DNA of 64,000 nt from Isosphaeraceae bacterium (GTDB lineage: Bacteria; Planctomycetota; Planctomycetia; Isosphaerales; Isosphaeraceae): positions 1 to 64,000 of the forward strand of contig CBDAVP010000011.1 in NCBI GenBank assembly GCA_965201075.1, read 5' to 3'. Below the pieces are notes generated by a model. It was not told the origin of the DNA, did no database searches, and was given only the letters and a program-made list of their open reading frames with translations. Each line of letters starts with the position of its first letter. Positions within the stretch are counted from its first letter, which is position 1. Shown here in pieces: positions 1 to 9,427 of the stretch. Position numbers and translations under genes: made by a program.

Positions 1-55
1 CGACCACTCGCTCCAGCCACGGGAGGACGCCCGGCCCAGGTCGCGGCTCAGGCAT
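1..55 (-). CDS. possible N-terminus of a gene running off the window start (MPEPRPGPGVLPWLERVV...)
   Basis: ATG at 55 with an open frame to the window edge, co-oriented downstream of the acyltransferase; too short to verify. Confidence 0.25.
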   Translation of the reverse strand, partial: MPEPRPGPGVLPWLERVV

Positions 56-172
56 CCCAAGGCCGCCGTGGTGGACGACGACCAGCAGGCAGGCCAGCCC
101 CCTCCAGGCGTCCAGCGACCGATCGCGAGGGTCGCTCACCGTCGGGAGGAACTCCATCGGCGGCCTCCAGGG

Positions 173-1123
173 TCACGCCGCCGCCGCTCCGCCCTCGGCG
201 ACCGCCTCGGCGTCGGAGTCCGCCCAGAAGAAATACTCGTTACTGTTGGCTGGGTCCAGCCTCACCCGCTCCTCGATGGCGTCCAGGCAACGCTGGGCCC
301 ATGACGGCGCCGAGCCCGAGGAGACCGCGTCCTGAGGCACCCGCCAGGCCGACAGGAACTCCAGGTCATACGTTCCCTCGGGGTTGATCCGACAGAAGAC
401 CGGCACCACCGGCGCTCCGGTCAACCCCGCCAGGGCGACCCAGGTGGCCGAGAATCGGTACGTCCCACCCAGGAACCGCGCGGGGACCGAGTGCGAACCC
501 GGCCAGCGGACATCTCCGGCGAGGTTGACCACCATCCCGGCCTTGAGGATTCGCGCCGCTCTCAGAATCGAACCCGCCGCCTCCGCCGGGTTGACCTTCC
601 GGGAGATGAACAGTTTACGCTGGCCCAAAGGCCCTTCGGTGTCGAACTGCCGGGTCAGAAACCGAGAGACGTGGCGGGGCCGCTCCATGTAGAGCCGTAG
701 CGGGTAATCGTGCCGGGCCAGCCAGTGGGCCGGCATCAGGTGGGCGCCGAAGTGGTTGCCCAGCAGGATGACGCCCTTGCCCTCGGCCAGCGCCTCGTCC
801 AGCCGCTCGCGCCCCTGGACGTGGAACAAGGGCTCGACGCGGTGGTCCGGCCGCCCGTCGAGCAGCAGGTCGCGGGTCCGCCAGCGGATCTGGTTGCCCG
901 CCAGTTCGCGACCCACCCGGGCCACGTCCCAACAGCAGCCCAGGTGGTGGCTCCCCCGACCGACGGCCTCGTCCAGCCGCGTCCGCAACCCAGGCACCAG
1001 GGCATATTCCAGCCGGCCGATGCCCGCCACGACCCTCGAGGCCGAGCGGTGCGAAAGCACTCGCAAGGCCGGGAGGATCGACCGCAGCAGGCCCTTCCGG
1101 AGATTCAACCAACGGCGCCGCAT
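173..1123 (-). CDS. lipid A lauroyl/LpxL-like lysophospholipid acyltransferase family protein
   Basis: GRERLDEALAEGKGVILLGNHFGAH, SATWVALAGLTGAPVVPVF and C-terminal IEERVRLDP...YFFW match the LpxL/HtrB family layout; start may be 1123 (ATG) or 1141 (TTG). Confidence 0.75.
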   Translation of the reverse strand: MRRRWLNLRKGLLRSILPALRVLSHRSASRVVAGIGRLEYALVPGLRTRLDEAVGRGSHHLGCCWDVARVGRELAGNQIRWRTRDLLLDGRPDHRVEPLFHVQGRERLDEALAEGKGVILLGNHFGAHLMPAHWLARHDYPLRLYMERPRHVSRFLTRQFDTEGPLGQRKLFISRKVNPAEAAGSILRAARILKAGMVVNLAGDVRWPGSHSVPARFLGGTYRFSATWVALAGLTGAPVVPVFCRINPEGTYDLEFLSAWRVPQDAVSSGSAPSWAQRCLDAIEERVRLDPANSNEYFFWADSDAEAVAEGGAAAA

Positions 1124-1289
1124 GGGGGGTGGAACTCCCAATCTTCAGCCCAGACCAGAGCGGCCCGGGGCTTCGCCCGGCCCCGAGCGGCGAGAGTCTG
1201 CCCGAGACGCCCGGAACTGTCCAGGCGACTCCCCGCGCTTTCCCGAGGATTCCTCGCGGAGGCCGAGCCCTCGCCAACGCGACCGTCGC

Positions 1290-1544
1290 TTAGGCCGCGG
1301 CATGGCGGTGGTCGGCCACGTAACGGGCCAGGTCCGAGACCCTCAGCAGCGTCGGCACGTCGTCGTCATCAATGGCCAGGTCGAAATGATCCTGCAATTT
1401 CAGGAACACCCCGACCAGGTCCAATGAGTCGATCGCCAGGTCGTCCACCAGGTGAGACTCGGCCGACAAAGGGACGCCGGGGCCGAGCTTGGCCGCGCTG
1501 CGGACGACCTCGGCGACTTCGGCCAGGATCTGCGGCTCAGGCAT
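1290..1544 (-). CDS. acyl carrier protein
   Basis: 84 aa acidic protein with the phosphopantetheine site DLAIDSLDLV; overlaps the fabF-like stop. Confidence 0.9.
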   Translation of the reverse strand: MPEPQILAEVAEVVRSAAKLGPGVPLSAESHLVDDLAIDSLDLVGVFLKLQDHFDLAIDDDDVPTLLRVSDLARYVADHRHAAA

Positions 1545-2802
1545 CGGACCATCTCCTGAAGACCAGGGCGTTATTGGTGCCCCCGAACCCGAACGACGCG
1601 CTGAAGACCGTTTCCAGGGCCGAGGGTCGCCCCAGGCCCGGCACGAAATCCAGGTCTAACTCGGGATCGGGGAGGTAATTCAGAGTTGGGGGAATGATTT
1701 GGGTCTGAAGCGCCCGTACGCACGCCGCCGCCTCAATGGCCGAGGCCGCCCCGAGGCTATGCCCCAGCGCCCCCTTGATCGAACTGACCGGCAAGCGCTC
1801 GGCGTGCGGGCCGAACGCCTCGCGAATCGCACCAGTTTCCATCCGGTCGTTGACCTGCGTGCTGGTGCCGTGGGCGTTGTAGTAATCGACCTGCTCGGGC
1901 CGAATCCCCGCATGCGCCATCGCCAGGGCCAGGCAGCGCGCGACCTTCGGGCCGTCGGGCATCGCCATGTGGTGCCCGTCGGAGTTCATCGCCCAGCCCA
2001 GTAACTCGGCCTGTGGCACCAGCCCCAGACGGTTCGCGGCCGACTCGGTGGCCAGGAGGACCATCCCCGCCCCCTCCGACAGCACGAACCCCGCGCGGTC
2101 GACGCTGAACGGGCGGCTCCCCTGAGCCGGGTTGTCGGCCGAGCGGTCCCCCGGCTTGCGAGGCAGCAGGGTCTTCATCGTCGCGAAGCCGTTGACCACC
2201 GCCGGAGTGAACGCGCTCTCGGCCGCTCCGCATAGGGCCAAATCCGCATCTCCGGCCCTCAAGAGCATCCCACCAAAGGCTAGGGCATGACCTCCCGAAG
2301 CGCAGGCGTTCGCCGGCGCCAGACTCGGTCCATGCAACCCCAGGTGCTGGGCGACCTGCCCGGCGGCCTGGTTGATGATGAGGCCAGGGACGAGGTAAGG
2401 GCTGATGGCCAGGCTTTTTCGGCGAGACGCCCGCTGCTGCTCGGCCTCCAGCAGGTCCAGGCCCCCCAGGGCCGAGCCGACGGCCACCGCCACGCGGTCG
2501 GGGTCGAATGCGCGCCCTTGCCCGGGCGAGAGCCCCGCGTCGGAGAATGCCTCGCGACCCGCGGCGAGAGCCAGGTGGATCGACCGCGCGGGCAACCGGG
2601 AGACGGCGGGATCTTCATTCGCGGAGCCGGGGCCAAAGTCGGCGACCATCCCGGCGATGTTCTGAAGGAAGGATTCGGGGTCCAGCGACTCGTGGCGAGC
2701 AAGCCCCGAGCGGCCGGCGATCAGGCCGTCCCAGGTCGCGTCCATGTCGCGCCCCAGGCAGGTCACCGCCCCATGCCCGACCACCACGATCCGCTCCGGC
2801 AT
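1537..2802 (-). CDS. fabF: beta-ketoacyl-ACP synthase II (FabF-like)
   Basis: catalytic ACASG, NAHGTST and GHSLGAA motifs, C-terminal SFGFGGTN; probably a paralog rather than the housekeeping copy. Confidence 0.85.
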   Translation of the reverse strand: MPERIVVVGHGAVTCLGRDMDATWDGLIAGRSGLARHESLDPESFLQNIAGMVADFGPGSANEDPAVSRLPARSIHLALAAGREAFSDAGLSPGQGRAFDPDRVAVAVGSALGGLDLLEAEQQRASRRKSLAISPYLVPGLIINQAAGQVAQHLGLHGPSLAPANACASGGHALAFGGMLLRAGDADLALCGAAESAFTPAVVNGFATMKTLLPRKPGDRSADNPAQGSRPFSVDRAGFVLSEGAGMVLLATESAANRLGLVPQAELLGWAMNSDGHHMAMPDGPKVARCLALAMAHAGIRPEQVDYYNAHGTSTQVNDRMETGAIREAFGPHAERLPVSSIKGALGHSLGAASAIEAAACVRALQTQIIPPTLNYLPDPELDLDFVPGLGRPSALETVFSASFGFGGTNNALVFRRWSDA

Positions 2803-3022
2803 CCCTTGCCTCCAACGGCCGCCACCGGCCGTCCCTCAAGACGGCATCCTGCCATCCCTATCGAATTCCGGTCGCCCCCAACTTGAGGATCGTCGCGATC
2901 CCGCCGGATCGGCCGGTTCCTCCCGGTTCAAGGGCATCGGGCCGCGACTCTCTCATCAATCCCCGGTTTTGAAAAGGCGGAAACCGGCAAGCCCGGACCG
3001 GAACGAGTGAGTGCCAACGCGA

Positions 3023-3055
3023 ACGGCCGGGCCCCGCAGAGGGGGGCCCGGCCGT
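3023..3055 (-). terminator. 13-bp GC-rich hairpin downstream of the lipoprotein gene
   Basis: ACGGCCGGGCCCC-7nt-GGGGCCCGGCCGT perfect inverted repeat; U-tract weak. Confidence 0.55.
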
Positions 3056-3090
3056 GGTTCACAAGACTTAGAGGCTGAGGGAACTCGTGA

Positions 3091-3447
3091 TCAGGACTTC
3101 GGCCCGTCGGCCGGGGCCGGGGCGGCCTCAACCTTCGGAGCGTCGGCCGGAGCCGGGGCGGCGTCGGTCGGGGCCGGGGCCGGGGTCGCGTCGGTCTTGG
3201 GCGGCTCGGCCGTCGGGGCGGCGTCGGTCGGGGCGGCGTCGGTCGGGGCCGGGGCCGGAGTCGGATCCATCTTCGGCGTGTCGGTCGAGACTGGGGCCGG
3301 GGTCATGGTCGCGTCAGGAGTGGCCGGGGTGGTGGCCGTCGTCGGGGTCGGCGGGGTGGCCGGCTCTTCCGGCGGGTTGCAACCGACCAGCGCCGAGGCC
3401 AAACCCAGGGTACCCAGCAGCGAGAGCTTCTTCGCGGTCAACGTCAC
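3091..3447 (-). CDS. small Pro/Ala/Thr-rich lipoprotein
   Basis: AGGAG RBS then GTG; KK + hydrophobic stretch + LVGC lipobox; PTDAA repeats. Confidence 0.8.
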   Translation of the reverse strand: MTLTAKKLSLLGTLGLASALVGCNPPEEPATPPTPTTATTPATPDATMTPAPVSTDTPKMDPTPAPAPTDAAPTDAAPTAEPPKTDATPAPAPTDAAPAPADAPKVEAAPAPADGPKS

Positions 3448-3863
3448 GTGGTGAACTCCTCGAAATGGCGTACCCGCGGGGTCGGTGGTCGTCCGACCTC
3501 GTCCGATAGCCGGGATCAGAAGGTGGCGTCATGACCCGGGCGTCCCCGAGGACGGCCCGAGCGACCCCCTCGCCCGCCGGGTCGCGAGCCTTAACTATAG
3601 CTAGCCCAGAATCCCTTCGCAACGGTATCCCATGCCCTCGACAAGACTTCCCGCCCGCGAACCCATCCGAGTGGACCTGACAAAACCAGGCCGATTTTGT
3701 CGATTTTGCGGGCCTCCTTGTAAAAGCTTCCGATAGAATTCATCTCCGACTTAACCTGTGCCCTCACGGTTCACGCATTTGTGAAAACTTTTCGACCTAG
3801 CTTCCCTGGTTTTTTCGGGGGCGGGACCATGACCACCCGAGTCGCGGCAGTCGAGGCCAGATT

Positions 3864-3880
3864 TCGGCGCACCACTTGCT
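3864..3880 (+). promoter_or_regulatory. sigma54 (-24/-12) promoter of the PEP-CTERM gene
   Basis: TCGGCGC-ACCAC-TTGCT: GG at 3866-67, 10-nt spacer, GC at 3878-79. Confidence 0.65.
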
Positions 3881-4043
3881 AGATGGGCCGGGCATCCTAC
3901 CTCATCCTCACGCCTCTGCCTCTCCACAAACCACGGATCAGGTCGTTGAGGGCGGGGCCAAGGACTGGGCCTGCCGGCGAGGGATCGCTCGCGGGACGGG
4001 GTCGCCACGACGGCGACCCGGAGAGTCGAATAGGAGGTTCGCA

Positions 4044-5423
4044 ATGATCGCGTCGAAGCCCCTCGCCGTGATGACATTGGCCTGGCTCACGGTGACGGCC
4101 TCCTCGGCGCGAGCCGACTCGACCTTCGTCAGCCTCAACCGCGTCTACACCTACTCTGGCAGCACGGGCCGACTTCTCAGCACCACCAGCACTACCTCCA
4201 CCTCAGGACCCGGCTCACTGACGATCGTCAACGGGGCGACCACCACGACCACGACGACCAGCGTCACGGTCAACCCAACCCCCCCGGCCCCTGCGCCGAC
4301 GCCCGTGCCAACCTCCGAGCCAGCGCCGGTCCCAACGTCCGAACCCGCGCCGATTCCGTTCCACACGTCGGCCCCGTCGCCGATTCCGGTTCAAACCCCC
4401 GCGCCAACGCCGACCCCCATCGTCGCGCCCGTCGAGACGCCCGCCCCGACTCCGGTGATCGCCCCCGTCGCGACCCCGGTCGCGGCCCCCGTCGTGGCGG
4501 CGCCGGCCGCCCCGGTGCCGACGCCCGAGCCGACGCCGATCCCGGTCGCGGCCCCCGTCGTGGCGACGGCGGCGCCCCTCTCGGCCCCGGTGGCAACTCC
4601 GCAGGCCGCGGCGTTCATCAACTTCGGCACCACTCCGTATGCCGACGCGTCAAGCCTTGCCTCGGGCACGCCCCAGGCCTGGTACAACAGCCCAACGGTC
4701 GCCGCGGCCTTCGGCCACACACCCGATGCCGCCGAGCAGACCCAGTTCCGCCAGGCGGTTCTTCAAGACATCGACAAAACCTTTCAAATCAGCGGCATCG
4801 GCGGCCCGGGCAACGCCGTCTCGAACTTCTACGTCACCGACAACCCCAACGTCCCGGCCGCTCACATGATGAGTGTCGCCTCGGGCGTCACGGCCCTGGG
4901 CAACTCCCAGGCGATCGGCCTGACCTCCATCGGCACCAACGGGTTCAACTTCATCGACCAGTTCGGCCCCGCCGCCGGCACCGGCGCCGCCGACCCCGTC
5001 ACCAACCTGGAATGGGCCGTGGCCCACAACCTGTCCCACGAGCTGATGCACGCCTTCGGAGTCGCCATCCACCCCGACACCACCGGCACCTACCTTGACG
5101 CCGCCAGCGCCAACTGGTCTCAGCTCACCGACCCCAATTTCAAGCTCAGCCCCCTGGCGGTTCAGGACATCCTCTCCTCGAATGAGATCACCAAGAATGT
5201 TGACGGCGGCACTCAGTACGGTTACGAGATGATCGGTCACCCCCGGTTTTGCCAGTGCCCCCTGTGCCGGGCCCTGCTGACCGAGGACCACCGGCCCCAC
5301 GGCGCCGAACTCGTCGCGGGTGGCGTGTCGGCGGTGCCCGAGCCGGCCACGATCGTCCTCTGGGGGCTGGCCGGGGCCGTCCTGGCGGGCCATCGCCTGG
5401 TGAAGCGTCGCCGAACGGTCTGA
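4044..5423 (+). CDS. PEP-CTERM surface protein with Thr/Pro-rich stalk and zincin-like (HExxH) domain
   Basis: AGGAGG RBS at 4032; signal peptide ending ARA-D; HELMHAFGVAIH; C-terminal VPEP + TM helix + KRRR. Confidence 0.85.
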   Translation: MIASKPLAVMTLAWLTVTASSARADSTFVSLNRVYTYSGSTGRLLSTTSTTSTSGPGSLTIVNGATTTTTTTSVTVNPTPPAPAPTPVPTSEPAPVPTSEPAPIPFHTSAPSPIPVQTPAPTPTPIVAPVETPAPTPVIAPVATPVAAPVVAAPAAPVPTPEPTPIPVAAPVVATAAPLSAPVATPQAAAFINFGTTPYADASSLASGTPQAWYNSPTVAAAFGHTPDAAEQTQFRQAVLQDIDKTFQISGIGGPGNAVSNFYVTDNPNVPAAHMMSVASGVTALGNSQAIGLTSIGTNGFNFIDQFGPAAGTGAADPVTNLEWAVAHNLSHELMHAFGVAIHPDTTGTYLDAASANWSQLTDPNFKLSPLAVQDILSSNEITKNVDGGTQYGYEMIGHPRFCQCPLCRALLTEDHRPHGAELVAGGVSAVPEPATIVLWGLAGAVLAGHRLVKRRRTV

Positions 5424-5502
5424 ACCCGACCCGACCCGACGAATCGGATCAACCGCTCCCTCCCAACCGTACCGAACCAAGGCCGATTGGCCCAGGAACG
5501 CC

Positions 5503-6234
5503 ATGACCGCCGCCGTCCCGCTCCTGGCCCTCGCCGCGACCTTGCTGGCCGTCCCCTCGCTGATGAGGCCGACCAACCCCGCCCCTCCCTCGGAGATTCG
5601 TGGCGGGATGCGTTTCTGGTGGTGGTTCAACCGCCTCCACGCCAGGCTCATCCACCGACTCGACGCCCCACGAATGGCCCCCTTGCCGGTGCAAGGCCCT
5701 GCCTTGCTGGTCTCCAACCACACCTGCGGCGCCGACCCGGTCATCCTCCAGGCCACCTGCCGTCGCGTCCTGGGGTTCCTGATCGCCCGGGAGTTCGCCG
5801 AACACTGGCTAGTCGGTCCGATGAGTCGAACCCTGGGCTGCATTCCCGTCAAGCGCGACGGCCAGGACGCCGGCGCCGCCCGCTCGGCCCTCAAGGCCCT
5901 CAAACAAGGCCGGGTCGTGCCGATCTTCCCCGAGGGGACCATCGTCCCGACCTCCGGCCGAGAGTTCGGACCCGGCAAGCCCGGAGCGGCCTTCCTGGTC
6001 CTCCACTCCAAGGTGCCGGTCATCCCCGCCTACATCTCGGGAACGCCGCCGACGGAAAACGTCTGGAAGGCTCTCTTTACGCCGTCCCACTCTCGGGTCG
6101 TCTATGGAGACCCGATCGACCCGTCGCACTTCTCCGGAGACGCCCGCAACCGCGAGGATCTCGACGCCGTGACCGCCCAACTGATGGCTGCGATCCGCGA
6201 ACTGAAGGAAGGCTCGGCGGCAAAACCCGCCTGA
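5503..6234 (+). CDS. 1-acyl-sn-glycerol-3-phosphate acyltransferase (PlsC family)
   Basis: SNHTCGAD (NHxxxxD) and IFPEGT motifs. Confidence 0.9.
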   Translation: MTAAVPLLALAATLLAVPSLMRPTNPAPPSEIRGGMRFWWWFNRLHARLIHRLDAPRMAPLPVQGPALLVSNHTCGADPVILQATCRRVLGFLIAREFAEHWLVGPMSRTLGCIPVKRDGQDAGAARSALKALKQGRVVPIFPEGTIVPTSGREFGPGKPGAAFLVLHSKVPVIPAYISGTPPTENVWKALFTPSHSRVVYGDPIDPSHFSGDARNREDLDAVTAQLMAAIRELKEGSAAKPA

Positions 6235-6259
6235 ACGGTCGGCCCCACGAGTCGCCCCG

Positions 6260-7249
6260 ATGCTCGAGGACGATCTCCGGGCCGTCCTGAACGCCTACCC
6301 GGCCCTGCTAAGACCCACCGGCCCCATCCTCTCGCTGGGCAACGCCGGAGGGGCCAGCGGCGCGAACCTCTGGCGATTCCCCTCCCAGGCGGGGCCACTG
6401 GTGGCGCGTCTCTGGCCGCCGGACGGTCCCGGTGCCTCCCACCTGGCCAGGGTCCACGGCTGGCTCGCCGAGGCGGCCTCCGCCAGCCTCGATTTCGTGC
6501 CGATCCCCCTGGCGACAGTCCAAGGGCGGACCATTCAGGAACGGGGCGGTCGGCTCTGGGAGTTGACTCCCTGGAAATCGGGCCGGGCCGAACTCTCCCG
6601 TCCCCCCTCGATTGCACGCCTCAAGGCCGGATTCGCCGCCCTCGCCGCGATTCATCAGGCGTGGGGCCATCACAGAGCCGACAAGCCAAGCCCCGGCCTC
6701 ATTCGTCGAGCCCGCGAACTCGAATCCCTGGTCGGCGGGGGATTCGCCTCGCTGCGAACCGCGATCGACGCTTCACCCTTGAACCCGCTCCGCGACCTGG
6801 CGACCCGTTGGTGGGAGGCCGCCAGGTCGAGGGCCGCGCTGGAACGTCGGCGGCTGGGAGACCTGGCCACCCGCCCTAGAATCGTTCAACCCTGCCTGAG
6901 AGACGCCCGCGCCGACCATTTCCTCTTCGAAAACGACCACCTCTCGGGCCTGATCGACTTCGGAGCCGCCGACTTCGAGACCCCCGCCGCCGACCTTTCG
7001 AGGCTCCTGGGCGACTGGGTGGGAACCGAACCGATCGCCCGCGCCGAGGCGCTCTCGGCCTATGCCGCGATCCGTCGGCCCGTACCCGAGGAACTCGCCC
7101 TCCTGGACGCATTCGGCAGGCCAGCGGCGATCCTGGCCGGCGCTCACTGGGCGTTCTGGCACTTCCTCGAACACCGCGCCTTCGACGACCCCGACGCCGT
7201 TGGCCGCGGTCTTCGCCGTTCTCTGGAACGGATGGCCGAACTCGGTTGA
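6260..7249 (+). CDS. aminoglycoside phosphotransferase / type II homoserine kinase-like protein
   Basis: GGASGA loop, RDARADHFLF and GLIDFG motifs of the APH/choline-kinase fold. Confidence 0.75.
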   Translation: MLEDDLRAVLNAYPALLRPTGPILSLGNAGGASGANLWRFPSQAGPLVARLWPPDGPGASHLARVHGWLAEAASASLDFVPIPLATVQGRTIQERGGRLWELTPWKSGRAELSRPPSIARLKAGFAALAAIHQAWGHHRADKPSPGLIRRARELESLVGGGFASLRTAIDASPLNPLRDLATRWWEAARSRAALERRRLGDLATRPRIVQPCLRDARADHFLFENDHLSGLIDFGAADFETPAADLSRLLGDWVGTEPIARAEALSAYAAIRRPVPEELALLDAFGRPAAILAGAHWAFWHFLEHRAFDDPDAVGRGLRRSLERMAELG

Positions 7250-7282
7250 GGGCTCGTCGCGAACGCGGTTCCGCCTCACGAT

Positions 7283-8365
7283 CTAGATGCTATAGTCCGC
7301 CACGAACTCCTTGAGCCGCTCGCCCGAGTCGTTGAACACCTTCAGATCCTTGGGTGCGACGAAGACTTCCTCCCCCTGTTGCAGTTTCAGGGCGAGACTT
7401 CGCTCGCGAGTCAACTGGACGTTGAGCCGAGAGCCGTCCAAGAGGTCCAGGTCCAGCCGGACGGTGCCTCCCAGGGGGGTCAGGCGGGCGATCCGCGCGG
7501 GCCAGCTAGGGTGAGCGTCTCGCTGGCGGGTGATCTCGACGTCGTGAGGCCGGACGTAGACGGATAGGGGGCCGTCGGGGCCGCCTCGTTGCATCGGCAG
7601 GAGCATCCCGTCGCCCAGCACCGCCACGCCGCTCTCGGACATCCCCCGCAACACGTTCACCTGGCCCAGGAACTCGGTGACGAAGGGCGTGGCCGGCCGT
7701 TCGTAAAGCTCTTGGGGCGGGCCCATCTGCTCGACCCGGCCGTAGTTCAGCACGACCACCTGGTCGGAAACCTCGAACGCCTCTTGCTGGTCGTGGGTGA
7801 CGAATAGGCTCGTAACGTGGACCTCGTCGTGCAGCCGTCGCAGCCAGGTGCGCAACTCGTCGCGGACCTTGGAGTCGAGCGCCCCGAACGGCTCGTCCAG
7901 CAGCAACACCTTGGGACGAGGCGCCAGGGCCCTGGCCAGCGCGACCCGTTGCCGCTGGCCCCCCGAAAGCTGAGACGGGTAGCGGTCGGCGTAGCCCCGC
8001 AGTTGCACCAGTTCCAGCAACTCGTCGACCTGCTGGCGAGACTCCTTTTTCGGCACCCCGCGCACGTCGAGGCCAAACGCGATGTTCTGGCGGATCGTCA
8101 TGTGCCGGAACAGGGCGTAGTGCTGGAAGACGAAGCCCACGCCCCGGTTCTGCACCGAGAGATTCGTGGCGTCCTCGCCAGTGAGTTCAACCTCGCCGGA
8201 GTCGGCCGCCTCCAGCCCGGCGATGATCCGCAGGATCGTGCTCTTGCCCGAGCCCGAGGGGCCCAGCAGCGCCACGAGCTGGCCGGAGGGGACCTCGAAC
8301 GAGACCCCATCGACCGCTCGGAACGACCCGAACCGCTTGGCCAGGTCCCTGACGACGATGCTCAC
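7283..8365 (-). CDS. cysA: sulfate ABC transporter ATP-binding protein
   Basis: [31 protein letters not shown]-like C-terminus; GTG start with GAGGGGA RBS (alternative ATG at 8464). Confidence 0.92.
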   Translation of the reverse strand: MSIVVRDLAKRFGSFRAVDGVSFEVPSGQLVALLGPSGSGKSTILRIIAGLEAADSGEVELTGEDATNLSVQNRGVGFVFQHYALFRHMTIRQNIAFGLDVRGVPKKESRQQVDELLELVQLRGYADRYPSQLSGGQRQRVALARALAPRPKVLLLDEPFGALDSKVRDELRTWLRRLHDEVHVTSLFVTHDQQEAFEVSDQVVVLNYGRVEQMGPPQELYERPATPFVTEFLGQVNVLRGMSESGVAVLGDGMLLPMQRGGPDGPLSVYVRPHDVEITRQRDAHPSWPARIARLTPLGGTVRLDLDLLDGSRLNVQLTRERSLALKLQQGEEVFVAPKDLKVFNDSGERLKEFVADYSI

Positions 8366-8524
8366 GTCCCCTCGCCCCCCAGCAGCCCCGCGCACCGGAC
8401 CCGCCCCCCGCTCGGGGACGTCGGCCCATGTCGGTCGTCGTGATTCGGACCTCGCGGTCGCCATCGTACCAGCCCCCTCGCCCCGATTCGACCGCCTGGA
8501 CCCAACCTAACCAAACCTCAAGCC

Positions 8525-9427
8525 CTAGGCGCCCAACTCCGTGGCCCGCTCCTCGGCGCCCGAGACTTTTTTGCGCAACGCCTCGACACCCACCAGCAGC
8601 AGGAACGATGTCGCCACAAGGGCCAGGCTGATGGCATAGGCTTGCTCGTTGCGAAATTCCTCGACCGCGTCGTGGACCAGAACCGTCGCCGATTGGGTCT
8701 GGTCCAGAATGTTCCCCGAGACCACCAGCAAGGCCCCGAACTCCCCCAGCGACCGCGCCACCGTCAAGGTCACGCCATAAGCCAGGCCCCAGCGGATCGA
8801 CGGAAACGTCACCCGCCAGAAGGTTCGCCAGCGGCCAGCGCCTAGCGTGTAGGCGACCTCCTCCTGATCGACGCCAAACTCTCGCAAGACCGGCACGACT
8901 TCTCGCACCACGAATGGCAAGGTCACGAATGTCGTCGCCAGCATCATCCCCGGCAGGGCATTGACGACCTTGAAGCCGTGGGAGTCGAGCGTCGACCCAA
9001 TCCACCCGTGCGGACCATACAGGACGACCAGCATCAACCCCGCCACCACCGGAGAAACGGCGAACGGCAGGTCGACCAGCCCATCCACCAGCGCCCGGCC
9101 CCAGAACCGATGCCTCACCAGCACCAGGGCGAAGGCGACGCCGAAGACCGTGTTCAAGGTCGCCGCCGCCGCCGTGGTCATCAAGGTCAGGCCAAAGGCA
9201 TGCACGGCCGAGGGAGTCGTCAAGGCCCGAGCCATCGGCCCCAGCCCCGCGGCCAACGCCTGTCGCACCAGCGCCCCCATCGGCACCAAAATTAGCAACG
9301 CGAACCAGCCCAGCACCGCCGTCGTCAAGATCCAACGGCCGATCGGCGGTCGCCGTTTCGAGAGTTTGACGGTGGACCGACGCCGAACGCGCGCCTCGGC
9401 CGCGGGGTCACGCGCCTCAATGGCCAT
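8525..9427 (-). CDS. cysW: sulfate ABC transporter permease
   Basis: DLPFAVSPVVAG, PFVVREVVP, ARSLGEFGA; operon position. Confidence 0.9.
   Translation of the reverse strand: MAIEARDPAAEARVRRRSTVKLSKRRPPIGRWILTTAVLGWFALLILVPMGALVRQALAAGLGPMARALTTPSAVHAFGLTLMTTAAAATLNTVFGVAFALVLVRHRFWGRALVDGLVDLPFAVSPVVAGLMLVVLYGPHGWIGSTLDSHGFKVVNALPGMMLATTFVTLPFVVREVVPVLREFGVDQEEVAYTLGAGRWRTFWRVTFPSIRWGLAYGVTLTVARSLGEFGALLVVSGNILDQTQSATVLVHDAVEEFRNEQAYAISLALVATSFLLLVGVEALRKKVSGAEERATELGA

Noticed and set aside
3100..3260. Short repeats here, at 14323-14401 and at 60345-60461 as CRISPR-like arrays
   Set aside because: In-frame coding repeats without unique spacers; no cas genes
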